DNA from: Patescibacteria group bacterium
GTDB lineage: Bacteria > Patescibacteriota > Minisyncoccia > UBA6257 > 2-01-FULL-56-20
Assembly: GCA_038063755.1 (NCBI GenBank)
Contig: JBBTUL010000011.1
Location: forward strand, 3,946 to 67,945
Direction: 5' to 3'
Length of the DNA: 64,000 nucleotides
Under the pieces are notes generated by a model. The model had not been told where the DNA came from. It saw only the letters and a program-made list of their open reading frames with translations, and made no database searches. The position numbers and the translations under genes are program-made. Below are positions 45,678 through 55,599 of the stretch, in pieces (position 1 is the first letter of the stretch; each line of letters begins with the position of its first letter).

Positions 45678-46820
45678 ATGAGGAAAATCATAATATTTGG
45701 AGTTTTGGCGGGGTTCCTGCCGGTCATGGCACTCGCCGCGTATGTGGGAGCAGGGGAGAGTGTCATGGTTCCTCCGCCGCTTGGCGGGGCAGAGCCTGTA
45801 GTTCAGAACGCTTATCTTGTGGGCGGAACGGTTAACGTCGCGAATCCCGTTCGGGGAGATGTGGTGACTGCCGGAGGTACGATTGTTGTCTCCGGAAAAG
45901 TGGAGCAGGATATTTTTGCTTTCGGTGGCAATATAAGCATGCTCGGCATTTCTGCCGAAGACATCCGCACTGCCGGTGGTAACATCACTATTGGCGGAAA
46001 GGTGAGCGGCGAAATTCTTGTGGCGGGAGGACAGATTATGATAACGCCGGACACGACCATTGCCCGAGATTCATACATTGCGGGAGGCACGCTCGTTTTT
46101 TCAGGAACTGAAAATGGCAATCTTACCGCGGTTGGTGGTAATATCCGTATTGACGGTGTGGTCAATGGCAATCTCTTGATCAAGCAAGCGGACAAAGTTA
46201 CTTTCGGACCGCAATCGGTTGTGAAGGGTACTATCGAATATTTTGCGCCTGCGGAGGCGACGATTCTCGATGGGGCTCAACTTGCAACCGCGCCGGTGTT
46301 CCATGAGATAGAAAAAAATCGCGCTGCTGGTGCGCGCCCGCGGCTCTTCGCCGCATTCTTTGGGATCGCGATCTTTTTGAAGGCGCTCGCTCTTCTCGGT
46401 GCCGCGTATCTTCTGTGGTATTTACGCCGTCGCGACATGACAACCGCGATCGAGCAGGTTTACGGGCATTTTTGGAGCGTACTGTTCCGAGGGTTTTCAG
46501 TGCTTGTCCTCATTCCGGCTGCAAGTATCATTCTCTTATTTACTGTCATTGGATGGATTCCTGCGGCGGCAATGCTCGCCGTCTACGCCGCACTCCTTGT
46601 TCTTGCGGCTCCGGTTGCCACGATAATCGCGACCTCGTTTCTCATGACGCTTCTAAAGAAGAGCCGTACGGATCTTGCCTGGTATCACATTCTTGGAGGA
46701 CTTGTCGTCGTGAAGCTTGTCGTGGTTGTTCCGGTGGTGGGTTGGCTTATCTGCCTTGTGATCTACCTAGTGTCTCTCGGCGCGGTGGCGGGCATTGTGA
46801 AAACAAAGTTTTCGGCATAA
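45678..46820 (+). CDS. Beta-helix (bactofilin/polymer-forming-like) repeat protein with C-terminal membrane domain
   Basis: Signal peptide, repeated D...AGG.I.I.G.V units, four to five C-terminal TM helices. Confidence 0.75.
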   Translation: MRKIIIFGVLAGFLPVMALAAYVGAGESVMVPPPLGGAEPVVQNAYLVGGTVNVANPVRGDVVTAGGTIVVSGKVEQDIFAFGGNISMLGISAEDIRTAGGNITIGGKVSGEILVAGGQIMITPDTTIARDSYIAGGTLVFSGTENGNLTAVGGNIRIDGVVNGNLLIKQADKVTFGPQSVVKGTIEYFAPAEATILDGAQLATAPVFHEIEKNRAAGARPRLFAAFFGIAIFLKALALLGAAYLLWYLRRRDMTTAIEQVYGHFWSVLFRGFSVLVLIPAASIILLFTVIGWIPAAAMLAVYAALLVLAAPVATIIATSFLMTLLKKSRTDLAWYHILGGLVVVKLVVVVPVVGWLICLVIYLVSLGAVAGIVKTKFSA

Positions 46821-46851
46821 AAGTAAAATCTTCGATATGAAGGTGTAAGCT

Positions 46852-47274
46852 ATGGAAAAGATCATAAAAGAAAAATATAAAATAGCAGTTATCGAAGATG
46901 AAGAGATTTTATCCGAATCAATTTCAGGAGAACTCGAAGATGATGGCTTTCTTGTCGTCAAGGCGTTTGATGGAGAGAGCGGGCTCGAGCTCGTACGTAA
47001 GGAAAAGCCCGACCTCATTCTGCTTGATATCATCATGTCGAAACAAGACGGATTTTATGTCCTAGGAGCAGTGAGAACAAATCCGGAATGGAAACCAGTC
47101 CCCATCATTGTGCTCTCAAATTTGGGCGGCGATGCGGAGATCAAGAGGGCGCTTGCGATGGGAGCGGATGATTATTTTGTAAAATCCCAACATCCCATCG
47201 AGATGGTGGTCGAGAAGGTTAAAGAATACCTTGAGGGAGGAAAGTCGATCAACCCCCCGAAGATTGGAACATAA
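46852..47274 (+). CDS. Stand-alone response regulator receiver protein
   Basis: IEDE, PDLILLDIIM, VLSN, GADDYFVK. Confidence 0.9.
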   Translation: MEKIIKEKYKIAVIEDEEILSESISGELEDDGFLVVKAFDGESGLELVRKEKPDLILLDIIMSKQDGFYVLGAVRTNPEWKPVPIIVLSNLGGDAEIKRALAMGADDYFVKSQHPIEMVVEKVKEYLEGGKSINPPKIGT

Positions 47275-47600
47275 TGCCACTTCCTATAATACAAGTCGGG
47301 ACACTCTTGTTAGGAAGTAGCGGCGTAGTCTTATGTTTACTCCTTATTCTAGCGGGAGGATTTGGTATCGGAATGTGGTTCAGCAGAAAAAGGCAGAAGG
47401 CGTTGGTTCTGCGAACGGAATTCGCTGAATCAGAAATCACCAAAATGTTCAAACTCATTACGGATGATATCGAGGAACTTTCCCGATCGCTTAAAACTTC
47501 CTCGGGCGCTGATGACGACTATGCGTTCGAACGGCTTAGGTCTACTGTCAAAAAAATGGAACTGTATCTTAAACAAGAGGTCGGAAACATAAAAAAATAA
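47274..47600 (+). CDS. Membrane-anchored helical protein, possible remnant of a larger surface protein
   Basis: One TM helix then a charged helical tail; TAATG overlap with the upstream gene. Confidence 0.6.
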   Translation: MPLPIIQVGTLLLGSSGVVLCLLLILAGGFGIGMWFSRKRQKALVLRTEFAESEITKMFKLITDDIEELSRSLKTSSGADDDYAFERLRSTVKKMELYLKQEVGNIKK

Positions 47601-47637
47601 CACCTCGCGAGGACACCTCATATAACTATTCACGATT

Positions 47638-49293
47638 ATGAAGTTTGACGACAAAAAAATAAAGCAGATCCTCTTAAAAGAAAACTACGTTACCGAAGAA
47701 GATATTCGAAATGCAGAAAGTTTTACCAAAACACATCCTGTCTCGTTCACGGAGTATTTACTCAAGGAAAATCTCATCACCAAGGATCTCTTGGGGCAAA
47801 CGATCGCCGAATCGTTCGGCCTTCCGTATGCGGATCTTAACTTGCGTCCGGCAACGACCGAACAGGTTAATGTACTGCCGGAAGATATTGCGAAGAAATA
47901 TCGTCTTGTGGTGTTCTGGTGGAACGACAAGCGGGTCATTATAGCAACCGATGATCCTGGGCAACCCGGCGTGCTCGCGGCCGCGGCGCAGTTATATCCA
48001 AAGCGCGCGGTCTCTCTTGCGTACGCGTTACCAGAAGACGTTAATGCGGCATTTATTTTTTATCAAAAACCGCTCGAAACTCGCTTCGGGAAGATTATCG
48101 AGGGTCAGGGACGAATTGCTCCGGAGCTTTTGGAAGAAATTTTTGGGGACGCGATTGCGTATCACGCCTCTGATATCCATTTTGAACCTCAGCAAAAAAA
48201 TGTGCTTGTGCGATTTCGCATTGACGGAGTTTTGCACGTAGCCGGTAGGATCCCCAAAGAGTATTATGAGAATATTCTTAATCGCATAAAGGTGCAAAGC
48301 GGCCTGCTCATTGATGAACACTTTGCGGCTCAAGACGGTTCGCTTCGATATGAAAAAGACGGCTCAGCAATTGATATGCGAATTTCAATCGTGCCGACCA
48401 TTGAAGGCGAAAAAGCCGTCTTACGTATTTTAGCGGCGTATGCTCAGGGGCTTAACCTTTTAGACCTTGGACTTTCTCCATTGCATCAAGAATTACTTAA
48501 GGCATCTGCCAAAAAACCGTTTGGAATGATTCTCGTTACGGGGCCGACGGGTAGCGGAAAAACGACAACCTTGTACGCGCTCGTAAAACTCGTGAACAGC
48601 CCGGACGTGAATATCACCACCATCGAAGATCCGGTGGAATACAAGGTGCTTGGCATAAATCAAATACAAATAAATCCTCAGACTGATCTTACTTTTGCCA
48701 AAGGCTTACGCTCTATTGTGCGCCAAGACCCGGATATTATTCTCGTGGGCGAAATTCGAGATAACGAAACAGCAGAAATATCAATCAATGCGGCTTTGAC
48801 CGGACATTTGCTATACTCCACTTTTCACGCCAACGACTCCGCCGCGGCAATTCCCAGACTTCTTGATATGGGAGTTGAGCCGTTTCTCCTCGCTTCCACG
48901 CTTGAGGTGATCATTGCGCAACGGCTCGTGCGCAAAATTTGCGATCGTTGTCGTTATGGCGCGGAGAAAAAAATCGGTGATTTTGATACGCCACAATTTA
49001 AATCTGCCGCGCGTTATTTTCCCGAAGAATCCATAACGCTTTATCAAGGCAAGGGGTGCGCGTCGTGTAGCAATACGGGCTACCGAGGAAGAACTGCGAT
49101 TTTTGAGTTCATCCAAATTACTCCCGATATGCAAAATCTTATTTTACGCTCGCCGTCTTCCCAGGAAATCTGGTCTTTGGGGTGCAAAGAAGGTGCGCAA
49201 TCGCTTTTTGAAGATGGAATTCTGAAAGTAAGAGCCGGTATCACGACACTCGAAGAACTACTTCGCGTCGCTGAGCCGCCACAACAAAAATAG
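47638..49293 (+). CDS. pilB: Type IV pilus assembly ATPase (PilB/GspE)
   Basis: ASDIHFEP, GPTGSGKTTTLY, TIEDPVEY, RQDPDIILVGEIRD, TGHL..ST.H, CxxC pairs. Confidence 0.95.
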   Translation: MKFDDKKIKQILLKENYVTEEDIRNAESFTKTHPVSFTEYLLKENLITKDLLGQTIAESFGLPYADLNLRPATTEQVNVLPEDIAKKYRLVVFWWNDKRVIIATDDPGQPGVLAAAAQLYPKRAVSLAYALPEDVNAAFIFYQKPLETRFGKIIEGQGRIAPELLEEIFGDAIAYHASDIHFEPQQKNVLVRFRIDGVLHVAGRIPKEYYENILNRIKVQSGLLIDEHFAAQDGSLRYEKDGSAIDMRISIVPTIEGEKAVLRILAAYAQGLNLLDLGLSPLHQELLKASAKKPFGMILVTGPTGSGKTTTLYALVKLVNSPDVNITTIEDPVEYKVLGINQIQINPQTDLTFAKGLRSIVRQDPDIILVGEIRDNETAEISINAALTGHLLYSTFHANDSAAAIPRLLDMGVEPFLLASTLEVIIAQRLVRKICDRCRYGAEKKIGDFDTPQFKSAARYFPEESITLYQGKGCASCSNTGYRGRTAIFEFIQITPDMQNLILRSPSSQEIWSLGCKEGAQSLFEDGILKVRAGITTLEELLRVAEPPQQK

Positions 49294-49316
49294 CAACTGC
49301 TCTGTGTCTCTATTGT

Positions 49317-50408
49317 ATGCCGCAGGAAACATTACAGCGTAAATTTTTCAATATCGGCCTTGGCAGAGAACGGGAGTATTTTGTTGAAAATCTAAGTACG
49401 TTGGTCGCCGCTGGCATGCCGATCCTAAACGCGCTCGATGCCATTGTAAAAGGACTACGTTCACGCCGTATGAAGCACATCGTTGCTCTTATCCGGGATG
49501 ATATTGAATCCGGTTCGCCGATCTGGAAAGCGCTTAAGAAAACGAACCTATTCGCTGATCACGCCATCTCGCTCGTCCGGCTCGGCGAAGAAGCGGGAAG
49601 ATTGGCCGAGAACCTGAAGGTGGTCGCGAGCGAACAAGAGAAAGGGAGAGTTTTTCGCTCCAAGCTTCGTTCGGCAATGATGTATCCGGTCTTCGTGCTT
49701 TCACTCACGGTTATTATCGGCGTGGGTATTGCCTGGTTCATATTGCCCAAATTGGCGCTTGTATTTGCCCAGCTTCGAATAGAGTTGCCACTCATCACCA
49801 GGGTACTAATCGGAATCGGCATTTTTCTAAACAACTACGGGCAGTATGCCGTGCCTGCGGCCATCACGGTGCTCGTCGCTTTATTTTATTTTGCGTTTTT
49901 ATCTCCCAGGACAAAAGATATCGGTCAATTTATTTTATTTTCTTTGCCCGGCGTGAAGAGGCTTATTCAGGAGGTGGAGTTGGCGCGATTCGGTTATCTT
50001 TTGGGAACGCTTCTCGAAGCGGGCTTGCCGATCACACAGGCGCTCGGTTCGCTCGCAAGCGCGACCGAAATTCCGCAATACAGAAAACTTTACGCGTACC
50101 TTCACGATTCAGTGGAAGACGGCAACTCGTTCCAGAAAAGTTTTACTTCATTTAAGCACGTCGATCCCCTTATCTCCGTGCCCATACAGCAACTCATCAT
50201 CGTCAGCGAACAAGCCGGTACGCTTTCCAAAACGGTGCTCAAGATAGGCCAAATATATGAAACAAAGTCCGACACCACCGCAAAGAACCTCGCCGTCATT
50301 CTTGAGCCGATACTGCTTGTCATCGTGTGGCTTGGAGTCGTAGCTGTGGCGCTGGCAGTCATTCTGCCTATTTATAGTCTCATTGGCGGATTTAGTCCCA
50401 ACAATTGA
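49317..50408 (+). CDS. pilC: Type IV pilus platform protein (PilC/GspF)
   Basis: GEEAG.L, AMMYP, L..LL.AG.P, LEP. Confidence 0.92.
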   Translation: MPQETLQRKFFNIGLGREREYFVENLSTLVAAGMPILNALDAIVKGLRSRRMKHIVALIRDDIESGSPIWKALKKTNLFADHAISLVRLGEEAGRLAENLKVVASEQEKGRVFRSKLRSAMMYPVFVLSLTVIIGVGIAWFILPKLALVFAQLRIELPLITRVLIGIGIFLNNYGQYAVPAAITVLVALFYFAFLSPRTKDIGQFILFSLPGVKRLIQEVELARFGYLLGTLLEAGLPITQALGSLASATEIPQYRKLYAYLHDSVEDGNSFQKSFTSFKHVDPLISVPIQQLIIVSEQAGTLSKTVLKIGQIYETKSDTTAKNLAVILEPILLVIVWLGVVAVALAVILPIYSLIGGFSPNN

Positions 50409-50412
50409 TCAG

Positions 50413-50856
50413 ATGAAAATTTGTAAGACCGGGGGCTTTACTCTGCTGGAAATAGTTCTCTCCATCGCGACGATTACGATTATTGCCGGAATTTCCATTC
50501 CCATCTATCAATCGTTCCAGGTTAAAAATGATTTGGATATTACCGCGAATACATGGGTCCAAACATTGCGGCGAGCCCAAGTACTTTCGCGCGCAGTTGA
50601 CGGAGACAGTACCTGGGGAGTAAAAATTCAACCCGCCGGTTTGATTTTATTTAAAGGCGCGAGTTACGACTCACGCGATGCTACCTTTGATGAAATTTTT
50701 ATGGTGCCCACGAGCATCAGCGCCTCCGGCATTACCGAAATCGTTTTTGCAAAGTTCACCGGCAACCCGCAGGCAACCGGTACCACAACGCTCACGGCTT
50801 CGACTGCCGAAATTAGGACGATTAACATAAATGAAAAAGGTACGCTTACATACTAA
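50413..50856 (+). CDS. Minor pilin (FimT/GspH-like)
   Basis: Class III signal G|FTLLE. Confidence 0.85.
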   Translation: MKICKTGGFTLLEIVLSIATITIIAGISIPIYQSFQVKNDLDITANTWVQTLRRAQVLSRAVDGDSTWGVKIQPAGLILFKGASYDSRDATFDEIFMVPTSISASGITEIVFAKFTGNPQATGTTTLTASTAEIRTININEKGTLTY

Positions 50857-52591
50857 GAAAGGCTTCAGTATTATTGAGGCGCTTCTCGCGGGGGCACTTT
50901 TTACGCTCATAGCCTCTGCTTTTATCGGAGCCGTCGTGTACGGCGAAGAAAGCACCCAGCTTTCGGGCGAATTGAGCCGAGGGGCAACTATTGCAGAAGA
51001 GGGAATAGAGGCGACTCGGAATATTCGAGATAACGCTTTTTCTAGCCTGACTGCCGGAAATAACGGCCTCGCGATTTCCGGAAATCAATGGATTTTCTCA
51101 GGAGTACAGGATGTCGTCGATATCTTTACCAGAAAAATTAATGTCGCTCCCAATTCGCTTGGGAGCGGGTCAAGGAGTGTGTCAGTGTCTACCACATGGA
51201 CACAAACACAGCAGAGAGGTGGTTCGATAAATATTTCTTCGTATCTCACCAACTGGCGCGGCTGCCGGGGAGGAATACTTGTCTACGGCGATGGTGGCGC
51301 GACAACTGACGCCATAAAATATAAAACCCTGAAGGGAAATGATGCCAGCGACTGTACTTGGAGTTCGGCCGCGTCCGCCGCGGATGTGGATACCGGCACT
51401 ACTAACAAAAGCCTTCGGGCGGTTCAGGTTTACGCCTCCTCCAATCGCCATGAAAAAATAATGCTCTCTCGCCATTACAATGGAACTACGCAGTATATAT
51501 ATGCGCAGGTTTTTGACGGCACTTCCGGCACATGGGGCAATGTCCAGTTGCTTTCCAGCTGGGCGGCGGCAACATTCTTAGATGTCCAAAATTTTAGCGG
51601 AACATATTTGGCGAACGGTGATTTTATGGTTGTTTATTCAGACAACGGCACCACTCCGAAATCCAGAACTTGGGACGGTTCGTCGTGGTTAGCACAAGTC
51701 TCAATGCCGGACATGGGTGGTAACCCAAACTACATTGTCGTGCGCGCAAGACCAGGTACCAACGAAGTGATGGCTGCCTTTTTTGATCAGTCGAGCGATA
51801 CAAATACAGAGTATTTCAATGGTGGAACGTATGCTACGGCAAATTGGACACTTCATACTGAACATGCAAGCGCGGCTCCGAATAACACGCAATGGCTTGT
51901 TGATTTTGCTTGGAGCCCTAACAATTCTCTTAAGGGCGGATTAATTTACTCCGATGCCGGAACTGACAAATCGCTTGATATTAAAATATGGACTGCGGAT
52001 GGTTCCGGTGGTGGATCTTGGAGTGCGGTTGTAAATAGCACTAATCAAGCAAGTAACCTCGGTCCGATGGCAATACGTGGACGACCGGGAATGGATGAAT
52101 TTGTAGCCTGTGATAAAGACGCCGGGAACCCTCCAAGAGTTATATGTTATAACAGCAATTTCACGCCAACGTGGACTAATCCGACCAACAACATAATCGT
52201 TGATGGAACAGATGCAGGCATACAGCGCAGTTTTGATATCGGTTTTGAATCAGTTTTCGGAGATCCGGCTGTGGCTGTTTATTCCGACCGAACACTGACC
52301 CCAAAGCTTAAAAAGTATACTGCCTCGACTACGACGTGGGATCTTAGCGCCACAAATTTGAGTGTGATTGACGCGGCTCTCGCGACTGTCCGCATAACTC
52401 CCTACCCAAACACGGATGAAATGATGATTCTCCTGGGTGATGTTAACTCTCGTTTTTATAGTGTTGTTTGGGACGGGGACAATAATGTCATCTACACTAC
52501 TCCCGGCGGATATGCATTTGCCGTTCATGGCGTCAATGGTTCAATAGTCGAGACAGATTATTGGTATGACTTCGCATGGGACCTTTATTAA
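50831..52591 (+). CDS. Minor pilin with ~440-aa C-terminal beta-rich (propeller-like) domain, putative tip adhesin
   Basis: G|FSIIE, pilin domain ending YLTNWR, then repeated WDG..W units. Confidence 0.82.
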   Translation: MKKVRLHTKKGFSIIEALLAGALFTLIASAFIGAVVYGEESTQLSGELSRGATIAEEGIEATRNIRDNAFSSLTAGNNGLAISGNQWIFSGVQDVVDIFTRKINVAPNSLGSGSRSVSVSTTWTQTQQRGGSINISSYLTNWRGCRGGILVYGDGGATTDAIKYKTLKGNDASDCTWSSAASAADVDTGTTNKSLRAVQVYASSNRHEKIMLSRHYNGTTQYIYAQVFDGTSGTWGNVQLLSSWAAATFLDVQNFSGTYLANGDFMVVYSDNGTTPKSRTWDGSSWLAQVSMPDMGGNPNYIVVRARPGTNEVMAAFFDQSSDTNTEYFNGGTYATANWTLHTEHASAAPNNTQWLVDFAWSPNNSLKGGLIYSDAGTDKSLDIKIWTADGSGGGSWSAVVNSTNQASNLGPMAIRGRPGMDEFVACDKDAGNPPRVICYNSNFTPTWTNPTNNIIVDGTDAGIQRSFDIGFESVFGDPAVAVYSDRTLTPKLKKYTASTTTWDLSATNLSVIDAALATVRITPYPNTDEMMILLGDVNSRFYSVVWDGDNNVIYTTPGGYAFAVHGVNGSIVETDYWYDFAWDLY

Positions 52592-52671
52592 TATATGGGC
52601 CACACCGCATATATTCTCATCCGCTCGAAAATATTTTAGCAAGCTAAATATTTTTCTCACTCATTTCGATT

Positions 52672-53127
52672 ATGAAAAAACAAAAAATCAAAATTAATTC
52701 CGGGTTCACACTTATCGAATTGCTCCTCTATGTAAGTTTGAGCGGGATAATTCTTCTTTCCACTTCTATTTTTTTGACATCACTCTTGGAAGCGAGGGTC
52801 AAGAATCAAACGATTGCGACAGTAGAACAAGAGGGGGCTCAAGTGATGGAAGCAATCAATCAAGCGGTCCGAAACGCTACCGCCATAAATTCGCCGGCAA
52901 CCGGAATGAGCGCCACGTCACTTTCAATTAATACAACCATACCGGCGAACAATCCTACTATTTTTGATTTATCGAGTGGTACTATCAAAATCCAAGAGGG
53001 AGCTGGGCCGGCGGTTTCGCTTACTTCCAATCGGAGTATTGTCTCCGGTTTAAACTTCCAGAATCTAACGAAGCCATTCACGTCAGGAAATATCCGAACA
53101 TTATTTATACTTACTCATATTCAATAA
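52672..53127 (+). CDS. Minor pilin (PilW/GspJ-like), apparently C-terminally truncated
   Basis: G|FTLIE; ends abruptly at LTHIQ*. Confidence 0.8.
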   Translation: MKKQKIKINSGFTLIELLLYVSLSGIILLSTSIFLTSLLEARVKNQTIATVEQEGAQVMEAINQAVRNATAINSPATGMSATSLSINTTIPANNPTIFDLSSGTIKIQEGAGPAVSLTSNRSIVSGLNFQNLTKPFTSGNIRTLFILTHIQ

Positions 53128-53139
53128 ATAACACCCAAC

Positions 53140-54207
53140 ATGAACCCGAAATTAAAAAAATCTAAAAAATGGTTTGCGCCCACTGGATTTTTTTTAGCAC
53201 TCTTTGTTGCGGTATTTTTTATAGCCAACAACATTATAGCTGCCGATGGATCGGGGACAAATACGGTAAGCCCGACCTCCGCAACCACAAGTTCTGCCGG
53301 CAACATTTTTAATTTCACCTTTACCGCTGCGGAAACAATGGATAGCGGCGAAATTAACCTTTTGACTCCGACCGGATGGAGCGCTATGCAGGGTGTTAGT
53401 GGAACTGCAGGATATACGACCGCCGCATCAACTGGCATGATTGCTAATGTTTTGGATAACGCGGATAGTATTACTGGCTGGTCGGCTGGCACCCAATGTG
53501 GCGGCGGCTTAACTTCGGATACGACAAATAAACAAGAGGGAACCGCTTCTATCAACTGCGCTGCCAACAACGAGGCTCTCGGTGATGTCTTTTATAAAAA
53601 CATTACCGCCCAGAATTGGTCTGGTTACACCAAGGTTGGTTTTTGGATACGTTCCGGTAAAGCTTTGGCCGCCGGCAATCTTCAATTCTCCTACGACGAC
53701 AGCAGTAATCTTGCCAGCCCAATTGAAAACATATCGGTTCCGGCCATCCCCTTCAATAGCCCATGGATGTATGTCGTTTTAGATTTAGGAGCTACCACCA
53801 GAACTTCGGTTGTAAGTTTTGGGTTCCGGAATAACACCGGCGGTGGGCCGTTGGACTTTACGACGTTTCGTATAGACGACCTACTAATAGGCCCCGGATC
53901 GCTCTCTTTCCCTGGCGGTGGTGTTGTCGGTGCCAGACTGCTTCAATTGTCAAACACCCAGACCGTAACAATCACGTATGGCTCCGGCGGGGGATCAAGC
54001 GGCGTCACCGCGCCGGCAATAGTGGGAGCGGCTATGGCAACTACCACGAATAGAGTTTCAGATGCCGGAACACTGACTAATGTAGGTACCCAACCAACGC
54101 TAACTGCGATCGATCCTGCCTCCACGACCACCTCTACTGCGCCGACTATTGGCCGATACGAATATATTTATTCAAGAACTTTTTCCGGCGACGCAAGCCT
54201 TAGATAA
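53140..54207 (+). CDS. Secreted Ser/Thr/Gly-rich protein ending in a pilin-like tail
   Basis: Sec-type signal peptide, beta-sandwich-like body, last 18 aa GRYEYIYSRTFSGDASLR; same frame as 52672. Confidence 0.7.
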   Translation: MNPKLKKSKKWFAPTGFFLALFVAVFFIANNIIAADGSGTNTVSPTSATTSSAGNIFNFTFTAAETMDSGEINLLTPTGWSAMQGVSGTAGYTTAASTGMIANVLDNADSITGWSAGTQCGGGLTSDTTNKQEGTASINCAANNEALGDVFYKNITAQNWSGYTKVGFWIRSGKALAAGNLQFSYDDSSNLASPIENISVPAIPFNSPWMYVVLDLGATTRTSVVSFGFRNNTGGGPLDFTTFRIDDLLIGPGSLSFPGGGVVGARLLQLSNTQTVTITYGSGGGSSGVTAPAIVGAAMATTTNRVSDAGTLTNVGTQPTLTAIDPASTTTSTAPTIGRYEYIYSRTFSGDASLR

Positions 54208-54208
54208 T

Positions 54209-54592
54209 ATGAAAAATAAAGGATTTATAACCCTGGCAAGTGTTTTGGTTATAAGCGCAGTCGGTCTATCGATCGCGTTGTCCCTTGTACTGCTTGGCCT
54301 GGGTTCTTCACGAACCAGTTTCGCTCTTAATCAATCAATTCAGGCGAGGGGCCTGGCGAATGCCTGCGCCGAAGAATCTTTGCGTAAGGTTAAAAACTCA
54401 CTTCTCTTCGTGGGAACTTCAACCCTAACCTTACCCGGGGGCACCTGCGTGTATGCCGTTACGAATACCGGCGGTCAAGCAAGAGCCATTACCACCTCGG
54501 GCCAGGTCGGCGCCATTATCCGCAAGGTCAATATATCAATTAGTCGAATTACACCATTTATTACCGTTACCTCTTGGCAGGAATTGCCATAA
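54209..54592 (+). CDS. Minor pilin (PilX/GspK-like, no Glu5)
   Basis: G|FITLA, A..LA.AC.EE.L, terminal SWQE. Confidence 0.8.
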   Translation: MKNKGFITLASVLVISAVGLSIALSLVLLGLGSSRTSFALNQSIQARGLANACAEESLRKVKNSLLFVGTSTLTLPGGTCVYAVTNTGGQARAITTSGQVGAIIRKVNISISRITPFITVTSWQELP

Positions 54593-54680
54593 TTTCTGAA
54601 AAGTTTTCCTTAATGTATAATTAAGGAGGGTAAAGGTCGTTCTTAAGCAACCACTTAACTAATTAACTAAAGAGCAGCAC

Positions 54681-55169
54681 ATGAAAAAACTAATTCGTAA
54701 TTCCCGATTGCAAAGCAATCGAGGATCCTCGATTAAATCGGGACAAAAAGGGTTTACGCTTCTCGAAATTCTTCTCGTTGTCGCCGCCATCGGTACCTTG
54801 GCCGGCATCGTTATTTTGGCCATCAATCCGAACAAACAGCTTGGTGACACGAGGAACGCCCAACGGAAAGCCGATGTGAATACGATCCTGAATGCCATCT
54901 ATCAATATTCGATTGATAATAACGGAGCATTACCGGCGGCTATTACCACCGGCTCGGTAGCAATCTGCAGAACTGGCGCTGTCTGTACCGGCTTGATCGA
55001 TCTGGGCGTGCTTACCGCCAATGAGAAATATCTCACGTCAATACCGTTTGATCCGAACGGATCCACTGCGACCAGTACGGGCTATACGGTCATCAAATCC
55101 GTCAATAACAGAATAACCATAGCGGCTCCGAGTGCCGAACAGAGTGCAGTTATTAGTGTCACAAGATAA
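54681..55169 (+). CDS. Probable major type IV pilin
   Basis: G|FTLLEILLVVAAIG.LAGIVILAINP, RNAQR..DV, YL..IP.DP; own TATAAT at 54616. Confidence 0.88.
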   Translation: MKKLIRNSRLQSNRGSSIKSGQKGFTLLEILLVVAAIGTLAGIVILAINPNKQLGDTRNAQRKADVNTILNAIYQYSIDNNGALPAAITTGSVAICRTGAVCTGLIDLGVLTANEKYLTSIPFDPNGSTATSTGYTVIKSVNNRITIAAPSAEQSAVISVTR

Positions 55170-55599
55170 TCTCGTTGAGATGCCTGATTCCCAGACTGAT
55201 AAGGGGCGTCGCGGAACTTTAAACCACTATTACAATAGGTATATATTAGTGTAATATGCGTTTACATAATCATGCCTAATCTTCAAGACAAAAAGACCGC
55301 CGATTCGTTCGGTGGTTTTTTGCTCTGGATACGGCGCTCAGTCCTGCCGGCAGGCAGGCGATATGACGTGGGTGGGACAGAGTGCTTTCGCTTTTCAGTT
55401 ATCGCCGCTCCTCGATTGAGATAACCGGAATTGGTGACATCTCGCCGTGCATAAGTGCGGAGCAAAACCCCGCACTAAGGGCCAGACACGCCAGACTTTA
55501 TCCACCAACAGATTCGGCGGCCTTCTGGTGCGTGGGTAGGGGGAGGTGGGCTAATGACGAACGAAATAAAGCGGAAAACCATTCGCTTTATTTTTTTGA

